Positions 1 to 9,742 of a stretch of DNA of 64,000 nt are shown here, one piece after another. Source of the stretch: an uncultured Candidatus Saccharibacteria bacterium (GTDB lineage: Bacteria; Patescibacteriota; Minisyncoccia; Phycocordibacterales; UBA9973); the NCBI GenBank assembly GCA_964563615.1, contig CAZLWF010000002.1:1859-65858 (forward strand). Direction: 5' to 3'. Within the stretch, counting starts at the first letter, position 1. Each line of letters starts with the position of its first letter. The notes under the pieces were generated by a model. That model was not told the origin of the DNA. It made no database searches and worked only from the letters and a program-made list of their open reading frames with translations. Made by a program: the position numbers and the translations under genes.

Positions 1-1602
1 AGGAAGGTCTGCGATTGCTACATCAGTCGTGAGAAATATTGCCGCTGCACTTGTTGCATGTTCGACACCGCTCCTCGTTACTTTGACTGGATCAACAATA
101 CCAGCTGCGAGCATATCTGGAATCATGATATCAAGAAGTGCATCATAGCCCATATTGCCTTTGCCGTTTTTTACTTTCTCAACAATGACCGAACCATCTT
201 CTTTGCCGGCGTTGATAGCGATTTGTTTAAGTGGTGCCATGAGCGCATCAAGCACGATTTGAAATCCGACTTCAAATTCGCTCGTATAGTTTTGTTTTGA
301 AGCAATATGATCACGATTCACTTTCTCGTAAGCTTTGACGAGTGCAACCCCTCCGCCTGGGACAATACCTTCTTCGATTGCAGCCTTGGTAGCATTCACT
401 GCATCTTCAATCTTTAATTTTAAATATTTCATTTCAGTCTCTGTTGCAGCGCCGACGCGCACCACTGCCACGCCGCCAGAAAGTTTTGCAACACGCTCTT
501 CCAATTTCTCACGATCGTATTTGGAGAATTTTCCATCGAGAGCATTGATTTGTCCTTTGAGTGATTCGATTCGTTTTTGGAGATCTGCTTTTTTGCCTTT
601 ACCGCCGACAATAATAGTCTTATCTTTAGTTGCAATAATTTTATTAGCACGACCAAGAGCAGTGAGCTCAATAGTATCGAGTTTAAGTCCCACATCGTCA
701 GATATCACCTTAGCACCAGTGATGATCGCAATATCTTCAAGCATGTCTTTCTTCTTATCGCTGTAGCCTGGGGCTTTGACTGCAAGCACATTAAATCCCC
801 CACGGAGTTTATTGAGAACAAACGTCGTAAGTGCTTCCCCATCCACATCTTCGGCAATGATAACAAGTTCTTTCTTCCCTGTTTGAGCAACTTTCTCAAG
901 AAGCGGTAAAATTTCTTTGACTGAAGAAATTTTTTTGTCAGTGACCAGTACAAGGGCATCTTTGAAAACTGATTCCATGCGTTCAGTATCAGTAATCATG
1001 TACGGCGAGACATAGCCCTTGTCGAATTGGAGTCCTTCAACAACTTCAGATTCAACCGTAAAGGATTGTGATTCTTCGACAGTGACCACACCATCTTTGC
1101 CAACTTTTTTTATCGTATCAGCGATGATATTGCCAAGCTCCTCTGATTCAGCTGAAATAGTAGCTACTTGTCTGATTTCTGCATCACTTTTAATTGGATG
1201 CGCCATGTGGCGTAATGCTTTCACTACTTCTTCTCTTGCAGATTCAATGCCGCGACGCACCAACATGCCATTAGCACCCATAGTTGTCTGCTTGAGTCCT
1301 GCGGTGATAATTGCAGCAGTCAAAATAACCGACGTTGTCGTGCCATCGCCTGCCATATCATTGGTCTTGCTTGCTACTTCTTTGATAATTTCTGCACCCA
1401 TGTTTTCGAATTTATCAGCAAGGGTGATTTCTTTAGCGATCGAGACACCATCGTTTGTGATCGTCGGTGCACCATAGCCTTTGTCGAAGACGACATTGCG
1501 ACCACGTGGACCAAGAGTTATTTTCACTGCATCTGCGACTATATCAATACCTCGCTTTAGAGCGAGCTTTGCATCTGCACTAAATAAAATTTGTTTACTC
1601 AT
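1..1602 (-). CDS. groL: Chaperonin GroEL, C-terminus cut by window edge
   Basis: Minus-strand translation from ~1602 reads MSKQILFSADAKLALKRGIDIVADAVKITLGPRGRNVVFDKGYGAPTITNDG... The GroEL signature TLGPRGRNVV is present. It sits directly downstream of groES. Plus-strand ORFs 58-1477 are antisense artefacts of this gene. Confidence 0.88.
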   Translation of the reverse strand, partial: MSKQILFSADAKLALKRGIDIVADAVKITLGPRGRNVVFDKGYGAPTITNDGVSIAKEITLADKFENMGAEIIKEVASKTNDMAGDGTTTSVILTAAIITAGLKQTTMGANGMLVRRGIESAREEVVKALRHMAHPIKSDAEIRQVATISAESEELGNIIADTIKKVGKDGVVTVEESQSFTVESEVVEGLQFDKGYVSPYMITDTERMESVFKDALVLVTDKKISSVKEILPLLEKVAQTGKKELVIIAEDVDGEALTTFVLNKLRGGFNVLAVKAPGYSDKKKDMLEDIAIITGAKVISDDVGLKLDTIELTALGRANKIIATKDKTIIVGGKGKKADLQKRIESLKGQINALDGKFSKYDREKLEERVAKLSGGVAVVRVGAATETEMKYLKLKIEDAVNATKAAIEEGIVPGGGVALVKAYEKVNRDHIASKQNYTSEFEVGFQIVLDALMAPLKQIAINAGKEDGSVIVEKVKNGKGNMGYDALLDIMIPDMLAAGIVDPVKVTRSGVEHATSAAAIFLTTDVAIADLP

Positions 1603-1699
1603 AGGTTTACGAAGAAAAGATTTATTTTTTGCAACGAGGACTGTCTGAATCCGATATTGTCGGATGAGTTCCGCAGTAAGAAAAATAAATCTTTTCTGA

Positions 1700-1999
1700 T
1701 TACTTTATTATTGCTAAAATCTGATCTTCTTTAATGAGAAGATATTCGCTGTCGTCGACCTTGATTTCTTCTGGACCGTACTTAGAAAAGAAAACCGTAT
1801 CACCTTTTTTGACTTCAAGCGGGATGCGGATACCGCTGTCATTCATTTTTCCTTCGCCCACAGCGATTACTTCTCCTTGCTCTGGACGTTCTTTTTCATT
1901 TGCTTCTGGTAGATAAATGCCTGACTTGGTTTTAGTTTTACTATCGCGTAATGGCTTGACGAGCACGCGATCACCCAAAGGAATAATTTTTTTTGTCAT
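1700..1999 (-). CDS. groS: Co-chaperonin GroES
   Basis: ORF 1700..2056. The likely true start is the internal MTKKIIPLGDRVLVKPL, giving ~99 aa. It has the classic GroES mobile-loop and beta-barrel pattern and lies upstream of groEL. Confidence 0.85.
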   Translation of the reverse strand: MTKKIIPLGDRVLVKPLRDSKTKTKSGIYLPEANEKERPEQGEVIAVGEGKMNDSGIRIPLEVKKGDTVFFSKYGPEEIKVDDSEYLLIKEDQILAIIK

Positions 2000-2108
2000 A
2001 AAATGTACTTTAAGTGAATTACTGATAATGCGGTCATATTTTATACAAGGCATCATACTTATGCAACTGTAGCTTGCCTATTATTTATTCTATGCTATAC
2101 TCTTTTGC

Positions 2109-2336
2109 ATGAGTATGGTACTAACGTTTCTTCCGTATCTACAAATTATTCTCTCAATAATCCTTATCGGTTCAATACTACTCCAGCAATCCGGTGCTGG
2201 TATTGGTGCTCTTGGAGGATCAGATAATTTTGCTACGTTTCATACAAAACGAGGCGCAGAGAAAGGGCTCTTCGTAACTAGTATTGTTTCTGCAATACTT
2301 TTTGCACTTGCATCACTGCTTGCAATCATACTCTAA
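2109..2336 (+). CDS. secG: Preprotein translocase subunit SecG-like small membrane protein
   Basis: 75 aa with two TM helices and a central Gly-rich loop LLQQSGAGIGALGG, matching the SecG LLQ..G.G motif. Confidence 0.55.
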   Translation: MSMVLTFLPYLQIILSIILIGSILLQQSGAGIGALGGSDNFATFHTKRGAEKGLFVTSIVSAILFALASLLAIIL

Positions 2337-2390
2337 CGGAATTAATTTCCAATATATTAACCTCGAAACTATACTATTAGTATTGATTTT

Positions 2391-4121
2391 ATGTCTTCAA
2401 TATTTTCTACCTTACGACAACTTCGTTTGCCAACTAACCAAGAACTAAAAAAAATACCCTACTATTTGACACGTCGCGAGTGGACTATTTTTGCTGTACT
2501 CATTGTTATTCTTGCAACAGCAACTATTGCAATTCTTTACCGAATTAACCAAAAATTCATGGTACAGATACCGACAAACGGTGGCACACTTCGTGAAGGC
2601 ATCATTGGAGCACCTAGATTTATCAATCCTGTACTCGCAGTTTCTGATGCTGATAAAGATATGACGACTCTCATCTATTCAGGTCTCATGCGAAAATCGT
2701 CCGATGGTACCTTTATTCCTGACCTTGCAGAGAGCTACTCCATATCTCCAGACGGATTAACCTATACCTTTTCATTAAAAAATGAAATCTTCTTCCACGA
2801 CAATACCCCAGTGACCGTCGATGATGTACTGTATACAATCAACAAAATAAAAGACTCCTCACTCAAGAGCCAGCATGCAATTGAATGGCAAGGTGTTACA
2901 GCTGAGAAGATTGATGAGGCTACTATTTCATTTACATTGAAACAACCATTTGTTTCTTTCTTGGAAAATACAACAGTAGGTATTTTGCCAATGCATATTT
3001 GGCAAAGCATCGAGACTACTGATTGGATATTCAGTAAATACAATACTGCTCCTATCGGTTCAGGTCCGTACATGTTTCAAAAGAAATCAGTAACTTCTGA
3101 TGGCACACTAACTGCAACAACACTCAAATCGTTTGAAAAATTTGCACTTGGCAAGCCCTATATACCAACTATAAAAATTTATTTCTATCCGAATGAAAGA
3201 GAGCTCTTAGACGCTTATGCCGAAAAGACGATTACATCACTTGGTGCTGTATCCCCGTCTGAAGCCCAAGCAATAATGCAAAACGGCGGAAGAATTGAGA
3301 CAAGTATCTTACCCCGCATTTTTGGACTATTTTTTAATCAAACACAAGCTCCGATTTTTAGCGACAAAACGCTCGTTACTGCACTTGACGATAGTATCGA
3401 CAAACAGGCAATAATCGACACTGTACTATCAGGATTCGGACAAGCAATCGACAGTCCAATACCTATTACCCTTTCCTCACAAATACCACCTCTGCATATT
3501 GTTGATAGTGAGGCAATAGCTGCTTCTCTACAAAAAGATGGCTGGCTCTTGGGTGACGATGGCTATCGGTCAAAGAAAAGCACTACCGGCACAACACCAC
3601 TTTCCTTCTCTATCGCTACCGGTGATGCACCTGAACTCAAAGCAACTGCTGCCATGATCAAAGCGGATTTCGAACGGATTGGCGCACGCGCTGAAATAAA
3701 AATATTTGATATTGGGACACTTAACCAAACAATTATCCGACCAAGAAAATATGATGTGTTACTCTTCGGTCAAATTGTTAGTACTGAAAGCGACCTTTTT
3801 GCATTCTGGCACTCATCACAGCGCAATGATCCAGGACTCAATGTTGCTATGTATGCAAATTCAAAAACCGATACTGCACTTGAAAAAGCCCAAGGTACCC
3901 TGGAAGCTTCCGCTCGAGAGGAGCTGTATGAAAAATTTAAGATTGAAATCAAAAATGATAAACCCGCAATCTTCTTATACTCACCGCAATATATTTATAT
4001 AGTTGATAAAAAAATAAATGGATTCTCATTAGCACATATCGTTGAATCAAGCGACCGGTTTAGAGATGTATACCAGTGGTACCTCGCAACTGACTCAGTT
4101 TGGAAACTATTCACACATTAA
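2391..4121 (+). CDS. Family-5 solute-binding protein (peptide/nickel ABC-type SBP) with N-terminal membrane anchor
   Basis: 576 aa with an N-terminal TM helix. SBP_bac_5-like segments are present: RFINPVLAVSDADKDMTTLIYSGLM, PDLAESY..SPDGLTYTF and FHDNTPVTVDDVLYT. Confidence 0.6.
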   Translation: MSSIFSTLRQLRLPTNQELKKIPYYLTRREWTIFAVLIVILATATIAILYRINQKFMVQIPTNGGTLREGIIGAPRFINPVLAVSDADKDMTTLIYSGLMRKSSDGTFIPDLAESYSISPDGLTYTFSLKNEIFFHDNTPVTVDDVLYTINKIKDSSLKSQHAIEWQGVTAEKIDEATISFTLKQPFVSFLENTTVGILPMHIWQSIETTDWIFSKYNTAPIGSGPYMFQKKSVTSDGTLTATTLKSFEKFALGKPYIPTIKIYFYPNERELLDAYAEKTITSLGAVSPSEAQAIMQNGGRIETSILPRIFGLFFNQTQAPIFSDKTLVTALDDSIDKQAIIDTVLSGFGQAIDSPIPITLSSQIPPLHIVDSEAIAASLQKDGWLLGDDGYRSKKSTTGTTPLSFSIATGDAPELKATAAMIKADFERIGARAEIKIFDIGTLNQTIIRPRKYDVLLFGQIVSTESDLFAFWHSSQRNDPGLNVAMYANSKTDTALEKAQGTLEASAREELYEKFKIEIKNDKPAIFLYSPQYIYIVDKKINGFSLAHIVESSDRFRDVYQWYLATDSVWKLFTH

Positions 4122-4131
4122 TATAAAAACT

Positions 4132-6066
4132 ATGAACGACAAACCACAACGACCAGACAGACCAGCATTTCGTAATCATCCACGTACACAAGTGGTGAGA
4201 AATGATACACCAGTGTCAGCACGGACTGCACCAACAAAAAGTACACCACATCCACTTCGAGCAGCGAGACCTGCAGCTAGCGGACAGAAATTTCGCTACT
4301 CGAAATTTCCTCCAAAACGACGAGGTACACCGCCACCATCAAAGGCAAGTGTTTCCAAGCGTCCAGCAGTAAAGGTTCCCCCACTTGCACCAGGCAACAT
4401 TCGTATCGTGCCGCTTGGAGGTGTGGAAGAGATCGGCAAGAATATGACTGCGATCGAAATCGGTAACGATATTATCGTTATTGATGCTGGCATGCAATTT
4501 AAAACTGAAGATACACCTGGCATTGACTACATTATTCCAAATACGACCTATCTCGAAGAGAGAAAAGATAAAATTAGAGCCATGATAATCACACACGGCC
4601 ACCTAGATCACATCGGCGGAGTGCCGATTGTTATGGATCGTATTGGTAACCCACCCATATATTCTCGAAATCTATCAATCCTTCTCATCAAAAAACGTCA
4701 ATCAGAATTCCCACATTTCAAACCGCTTGATGCTCATGTCGTCGAAAACGATAGTGTTATTACTGTTGGCAATATAAAAATTCGCTTCTTTGGTGTTACT
4801 CATACGGTCCCAGATTCAATGGGAATCATTGTTGAGACTCCACATGGTTGGATAGTAACTCCTGGAGATTACAAACTTGAACATCAAAACGGTATTCCAT
4901 CAGATCGGGAAGAGAAAGAGTACAGTATTTTTGATAAAGCTAAAGTGCTGCTGTTGATGACTGACTCAACGAACATTGAAAATCCTGATTGGGCAATCCC
5001 TGAAACTGAAGTGCATAAAGGACTCGAAAGTATTATCCGGAGCGTCAAAGGGCGTCTCATTATTGCTGCTTTTGCGTCGCATATCGAACGATTAATAAAA
5101 ATTGTCGAGATTGCAGAAGTACTCAACAAACATATTGTTTTGGAAGGCCGCAGTATGAAAACAAACATGGAGGTCTCAATCCAAGCAGGATTATTGAATC
5201 CTAAAAAAGGCACGATCATTACGATTGAGCAAGTCGACAACTACCCACCAGATCGAATTATCATTCTATCAACGGGTGGCCAAGGTGAGGAATTTTCAGC
5301 ACTCATGCGTGCATCAAATAAGACCCACAAGAACTTCAAACTCGGCAAAGGAGACACGATCGTCTTGTCAGCTTCAATCGTGCCGGGAAACGAGCTCGCA
5401 GTGCAGAAATTGAAAGATAATCTCGCTCGCCAAGGGGTGCGCATTATTCACTATCGCACGAGTGAAGTTTCAATCCACTCAACAGGTCACGGCAATATTC
5501 CAGAAATCAAATGGCTTCACACTAAAACTCATCCAAAGTTTTTCATTCCTATCCACGGCAATCACTACATGCTTAAGCTTCACAAAGAACTCGCACTATC
5601 ACTTGGCATGCCAGATAACCATATAATCGTTCCGGATAACGGTTCTATTATAGAGATAGTTGATAATGGTTCTAAAATGGTTCTCTGCAAAGAGAAAGCA
5701 CCATCAGGGAATATGATGGTTGATGGTTTCTCAGTTGGCGACGAACAAGACGTTGTTATACGCGATAGACGGATGCTTGCAGCAGATGGCATGTTCATCG
5801 TCATGGTCATGGTCAATGCTGCAACAGGCAAACTTAAAAAATCCCCTGACCTCATATCACGAGGATTTGTCTACCTTAAAGAAAACCAAGAACTACTACA
5901 CGAAGCGCGAAACTTGATACGTAAAACTGTCGAAGATGAAACGGCTGGTATGAACCCAATTAACTTTGATTTCGTGAAAAATAATCTTACTGATACAGTT
6001 GCAAAATTCCTTTATCAGAAAACTGCGAAACGTCCACTAGTTATCCCTGTTATTTTAGGTATTTAA
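4132..6066 (+). CDS. rnj: Ribonuclease J (metallo-beta-lactamase/beta-CASP) with low-complexity N-terminal extension
   Basis: MBL motif HGHLDHIGG and beta-CASP architecture. The start is probably the in-frame ATG at 4132 (MNDKPQRP..), because ORF 4042 overlaps the previous gene. The first ~95 aa are Pro/Arg/Lys-rich. Confidence 0.85.
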   Translation: MNDKPQRPDRPAFRNHPRTQVVRNDTPVSARTAPTKSTPHPLRAARPAASGQKFRYSKFPPKRRGTPPPSKASVSKRPAVKVPPLAPGNIRIVPLGGVEEIGKNMTAIEIGNDIIVIDAGMQFKTEDTPGIDYIIPNTTYLEERKDKIRAMIITHGHLDHIGGVPIVMDRIGNPPIYSRNLSILLIKKRQSEFPHFKPLDAHVVENDSVITVGNIKIRFFGVTHTVPDSMGIIVETPHGWIVTPGDYKLEHQNGIPSDREEKEYSIFDKAKVLLLMTDSTNIENPDWAIPETEVHKGLESIIRSVKGRLIIAAFASHIERLIKIVEIAEVLNKHIVLEGRSMKTNMEVSIQAGLLNPKKGTIITIEQVDNYPPDRIIILSTGGQGEEFSALMRASNKTHKNFKLGKGDTIVLSASIVPGNELAVQKLKDNLARQGVRIIHYRTSEVSIHSTGHGNIPEIKWLHTKTHPKFFIPIHGNHYMLKLHKELALSLGMPDNHIIVPDNGSIIEIVDNGSKMVLCKEKAPSGNMMVDGFSVGDEQDVVIRDRRMLAADGMFIVMVMVNAATGKLKKSPDLISRGFVYLKENQELLHEARNLIRKTVEDETAGMNPINFDFVKNNLTDTVAKFLYQKTAKRPLVIPVILGI

Positions 6067-6084
6067 AATGTTATACTTTATTGC

Positions 6085-7239
6085 ATGAAGCATTTACACT
6101 CCTTCACGATCAGAAATATTTATACAACAACCTTTTTCTTTGCTCTACAGGTTGCACTCGCATCATATATAAATTCAACATTTCTCTCTGGAATTGTCTC
6201 AGAAAAAATAGTAGCTTATGTTTTTGCTGGCAGTGCCATACTCACGCTGATCGCACTATCAGAAATGCCTACATTGCTACGCGCTTTCGGTAATAGACGA
6301 CTGCTCTTGGGATTACTCATAGTAAACTTTACTGCCCTGTTCATGGTGACACACGGCAATCAAGCCGGACAAGTCGGAGGTATTTTGTTTTACCTCATCA
6401 GCAACAACCTCATCGTCTTTACGTTTGATATTTTTGTTGAGCATTTCTCAAAAAATAAGAACACCGGTGTCATGCGCGGTCTTTATCTTACCGTTATCAA
6501 CTGTGCGTGGATATTTGCCCCACTTTTGGCAGGCATGCTACTAACCACTGGTGGTTACCACTTACTCTATAGCATCAGTATGGCGTTTATCTTCATAGTC
6601 TTTTATTTGACGCTTACCAAGCTCACCAACTATCACGATGCGCCTTATAAACGCTTTTCATTTTTGCAAACCCTTATCAATATAGGCAAGAATCCTGATT
6701 TAAGGAATATCACCGTCATTAACTTTGTCTTGCAATTCTTTTACGCAACGATGGTTATCTACACACCGCTCTACATGCATAACTATTTAGGCTTTTCTTG
6801 GACTACGATCGGTTTTATTTTTACAATCATGCTGTTGCCATTTGTATTCATCCAGTATCCACTCGGCCGCTATGCTGACAAAGTCGGCGAGCGATCATTT
6901 CTACTAGTTGGTTTAGTTATCTTAGGTGCAAGCACTTTTCTTCTTGCATTTATAGAACCAAACATTTGGACCTGGGCAATCGTTCTCTTTATGACGCGCG
7001 TTGGCGCTGCAGTAACAGAAGTTATGACCGAGGTTTATTTCTTTAAGAAAGTAAACGATGCTGAGAGCAACTACATCAGCATATTCCGAGACATGTCACC
7101 GCTTGCCTACATCATCGCACCACTTGCTGGCATATGCATACTTTCATTTGGCACGTTTTCAACTCTTTATATTATCTTAGGTATCATTGTTCTATCATCA
7201 CTCTACTATGCGTTTTCACTAAGAGACACAAGTATATGA
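6085..7239 (+). CDS. MFS-type transporter
   Basis: 384 aa polytopic membrane protein with ~12 TM segments and a two-fold repeat arrangement typical of MFS. It ends with a TGA stop. Confidence 0.55.
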   Translation: MKHLHSFTIRNIYTTTFFFALQVALASYINSTFLSGIVSEKIVAYVFAGSAILTLIALSEMPTLLRAFGNRRLLLGLLIVNFTALFMVTHGNQAGQVGGILFYLISNNLIVFTFDIFVEHFSKNKNTGVMRGLYLTVINCAWIFAPLLAGMLLTTGGYHLLYSISMAFIFIVFYLTLTKLTNYHDAPYKRFSFLQTLINIGKNPDLRNITVINFVLQFFYATMVIYTPLYMHNYLGFSWTTIGFIFTIMLLPFVFIQYPLGRYADKVGERSFLLVGLVILGASTFLLAFIEPNIWTWAIVLFMTRVGAAVTEVMTEVYFFKKVNDAESNYISIFRDMSPLAYIIAPLAGICILSFGTFSTLYIILGIIVLSSLYYAFSLRDTSI

Positions 7240-7943
7240 TTACGTATCCTATTCGCATCAACCATTACCTGGCAGAAAAACAAGTCACAACACGGCGCAA
7301 TGCCGATGTTTTAATTGATGAGGGAAAAATTTTCATCAATGGTAAACGTGCCAAGATTGGCCAAATGGTACAAGAAAAAGACAAAGTATCATGGGACAAG
7401 GCAATCAAACAAAACTATAGCTACATCGCCTACTACAAACCACTTGGGCTCGTTACTGTCGCACCACAGCCAGGCGAGCGTGTTATAGACCTCAGTAAGT
7501 TTCCCAAAGGTGTTTCCCCTGTCGGTAGACTCGATAAAGATTCAGAAGGACTTATCATTCTCTCTGATGATGGACGAATCACAGATGCCCTCCTAAATCC
7601 AAAGAAAAAACATGAGAAAGAGTACCGCGTAGTCGTTAATAGGAAAATCACCAACTCTCTCCTACGTGGACTCAAAGAAGGCATGCGCATCGGTGCCGGT
7701 GATTTTACTCGGCCAGCCAAAACTCGCAAGGTTGATGAAGAAACATTTGATATTATCCTCACCGAAGGCAAGAACCGTCAGATCAGACGTATGTGCAAGG
7801 CACTCGGCTTTGAAGTCAAATCACTACTACGATTCCGCATTATGGATATCAAACTAGGCAATATGAAGCCTGGCGATCAGAAGAAACTAGAAGGTAAACA
7901 ATTGTCAGGATTCCTAGAGTCCCTCGGTATACCTGCTGCATAG
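7236..7943 (+). CDS. rsuA: Pseudouridine synthase, RsuA/RluB family (S4 domain + PseudoU_synth_2)
   Basis: The internal start MITYPIRINHYLAEK (S4-like) overlaps the upstream stop. The catalytic region GRLDKDSEGLIILSDDG has the conserved Asp. Confidence 0.75.
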   Translation: MITYPIRINHYLAEKQVTTRRNADVLIDEGKIFINGKRAKIGQMVQEKDKVSWDKAIKQNYSYIAYYKPLGLVTVAPQPGERVIDLSKFPKGVSPVGRLDKDSEGLIILSDDGRITDALLNPKKKHEKEYRVVVNRKITNSLLRGLKEGMRIGAGDFTRPAKTRKVDEETFDIILTEGKNRQIRRMCKALGFEVKSLLRFRIMDIKLGNMKPGDQKKLEGKQLSGFLESLGIPAA

Positions 7944-7989
7944 GATTTGACTTTAGAAATGCAAGATATAAAATACTACAAATTTTCAT

Positions 7990-8259
7990 ATGAATACATT
8001 ACAGAGTAGAGTAAATGAGTTTATGCAGGAAATGGGTTGGAGTTATTTCTCCGCTGAAAAAATAATTGCCAAAATTGATGAAGAATTAGGAGAAATGAAA
8101 GCTGAAGTGATCTCGGGTGATGTAGAAAAACTGGAGATGGAAATGGGTGATTTACTTTTCGCTATTGCATGCTTTTGCAATAAAAACAATATTTCTATGG
8201 ACGAGGCTCTCAGTAAAGCTATTGAGAAAGACAAAGTACGCGATAAAAATCGATATTAG
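7990..8259 (+). CDS. MazG-like nucleotide pyrophosphohydrolase domain protein
   Basis: 89 aa all-alpha protein. The EELGE...E.GDLLF pattern is typical of MazG/NTP-PPase. Confidence 0.5.
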   Translation: MNTLQSRVNEFMQEMGWSYFSAEKIIAKIDEELGEMKAEVISGDVEKLEMEMGDLLFAIACFCNKNNISMDEALSKAIEKDKVRDKNRY

Positions 8260-8261
8260 CA

Positions 8262-8292
8262 TAAAAAATCCCGCACGAGTGCGGGATTTTAA
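8262..8292. terminator. Bidirectional intrinsic terminator between convergent genes
   Basis: Hairpin atcccgca-cgag-tgcgggat flanked by an A-run and a T-run. Confidence 0.6.
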
Positions 8293-8924
8293 AATTCATG
8301 CTCGTCGCCTTCATTCATGGCAACGAATTCGATGTTATTTTCAGGTAGAAATTGTATTGGCACCAAATGCGAAGCTCCAGATTGTTTTAGGCCACCATCA
8401 TGCACAGGAAATGCAATTCGAGGTTTTATGAGCTGTGCATAATCAATTGCTTCGTGAATTTTCATCCATGGACCAGCTACTGGCAAAGCTAGAATATCAA
8501 CCGGTTTTTTGGGGTCAGTAAATGCATCACCAGGGTAAAAGAGTTTATTATCGATAAAGTAGCCTGTATTCTCTACCCTGCCGAAGCCATCATAAATCTC
8601 TTCATGTAATGTGCCAAAGCCTTCGATTAAAATATTTTCTATCGTCGTTGATTGCCCGTCTGAAATAATGCTATACGATATATTTTCTACATCGAGAAGT
8701 TTGCCAACTGAGACATTAGTAATGATTTTAGCATCAGGATTATGCATGAGCACTTTCTTTAGCGACTCAATATGAAGATGATCACCATGCTCATGGGTTA
8801 TAAGTATAAGATCAATCCCCTTCACTTCATTTTGAAGCGTACTATAACTCCCAGGATCAGTAAGAATAGTAAGGTTTGGAAGCTTGATGAGAAGACAGCA
8901 GTGGCCTAATTTCTTGATTAACAT
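8289..8924 (-). CDS. MBL-fold metallo-hydrolase
   Basis: 211 aa with LILITHEHGDHLH (HxHxDH motif) and downstream His/Asp ligands. Confidence 0.7.
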   Translation of the reverse strand: MLIKKLGHCCLLIKLPNLTILTDPGSYSTLQNEVKGIDLILITHEHGDHLHIESLKKVLMHNPDAKIITNVSVGKLLDVENISYSIISDGQSTTIENILIEGFGTLHEEIYDGFGRVENTGYFIDNKLFYPGDAFTDPKKPVDILALPVAGPWMKIHEAIDYAQLIKPRIAFPVHDGGLKQSGASHLVPIQFLPENNIEFVAMNEGDEHEF

Positions 8925-8986
8925 ATTTAAAGTATATCATGGTTAAAACACTCTAAATAACCTTAATCCACAAGGATATTATACTA

Positions 8987-9015
8987 TTGACTTTATACAA
9001 ATATAATGATATAAT
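8987..9015 (+). promoter_or_regulatory. Sigma70-like promoter (TTGACT-17 bp-TATAAT)
   Basis: Consensus -35 ttgact (8987-8992) and -10 tataat (9010-9015) with 17-bp spacing, upstream of the 9082 CDS. Confidence 0.55.
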
Positions 9016-9030
9016 ATTATTAGAAACGGT

Positions 9031-9071
9031 TGATTAGTGATCTTAGATCTGGCGTTTAAGATCACTAATCA
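9031..9071. promoter_or_regulatory. 15-bp perfect inverted repeat (operator-like) at the predicted transcription start
   Basis: The arms tgattagtgatctta and taagatcactaatca are separated by 11 nt that contain an agatct palindrome. Confidence 0.45.
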
Positions 9072-9081
9072 ATTTAAAAAA

Positions 9082-9693
9082 ATGAAGACGTTCTTTAAAG
9101 TAGTAATACTAGCTTTACCTTTCGTTATAATATTCTACTTTTCGTGGGATACATATATGGTTACAAAGAATATTCACCGAGAGTTCCTAAACTCTTTTAC
9201 CACAACAGATAGAGGCGTGGTATACGCAGCAAATAAGGCCAAGGAGGAGAGCCTACAGAACGGGTTTGACTATCGCAAAAGCTGGGTATGGACTGAAATT
9301 AATCAAGAATTATGGTTCAAGAAGGAAATGCAAGAGTATGCAATCGAAAGAAAGGAACTTCGTATTTTGTTAGAACTACACATGGCAGTGAATGTATTGA
9401 ATATGAATGAGTTAGAATTACTCAATGCAAACAAATCCGAAAGAGTAGTTCTAAAGATAGCAAGAGATAGTCTACTTACAAAAACTGCCTTGCTTGAGAA
9501 AAATATCGAGGAAAGGACAAAAATAATTGAAGAAGAAAAATCTCAACTAAAGACGTTAAATTTAGCAATTTCTACAAAAAAATTAATGTGGGATGCTAAT
9601 AAATTATATTTTTTTAGTATTCCGATATTTCTATTTTTGTATGCGGTTCTAATGTTAATTCCGTGGGTTATTTTCCTAACAAGAAAAAGCTAA
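9082..9693 (+). CDS. Hypothetical membrane-anchored coiled-coil protein
   Basis: The ORF is called from 9037 with a GTG inside the palindrome, so a start at the ATG giving MKTFFKVVILALPFVIIFY is more likely. It has an N-terminal TM, a long heptad-like middle and a C-terminal TM. Confidence 0.4.
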   Translation: MKTFFKVVILALPFVIIFYFSWDTYMVTKNIHREFLNSFTTTDRGVVYAANKAKEESLQNGFDYRKSWVWTEINQELWFKKEMQEYAIERKELRILLELHMAVNVLNMNELELLNANKSERVVLKIARDSLLTKTALLEKNIEERTKIIEEEKSQLKTLNLAISTKKLMWDANKLYFFSIPIFLFLYAVLMLIPWVIFLTRKS

Positions 9694-9742
9694 GTAAATT
9701 ATGTGATTATAATCCCCTTTTTAATTATGGGGGATTTTCTTT

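Noticed and set aside
58-1477. Plus-strand ORFs (58..300, 335..766, 577..909, 1019..1477) overlapping groEL
   Set aside because: They are antisense to a clearly conserved GroEL reading frame and are low-complexity Ser/Ala-rich translations typical of antisense artefacts.
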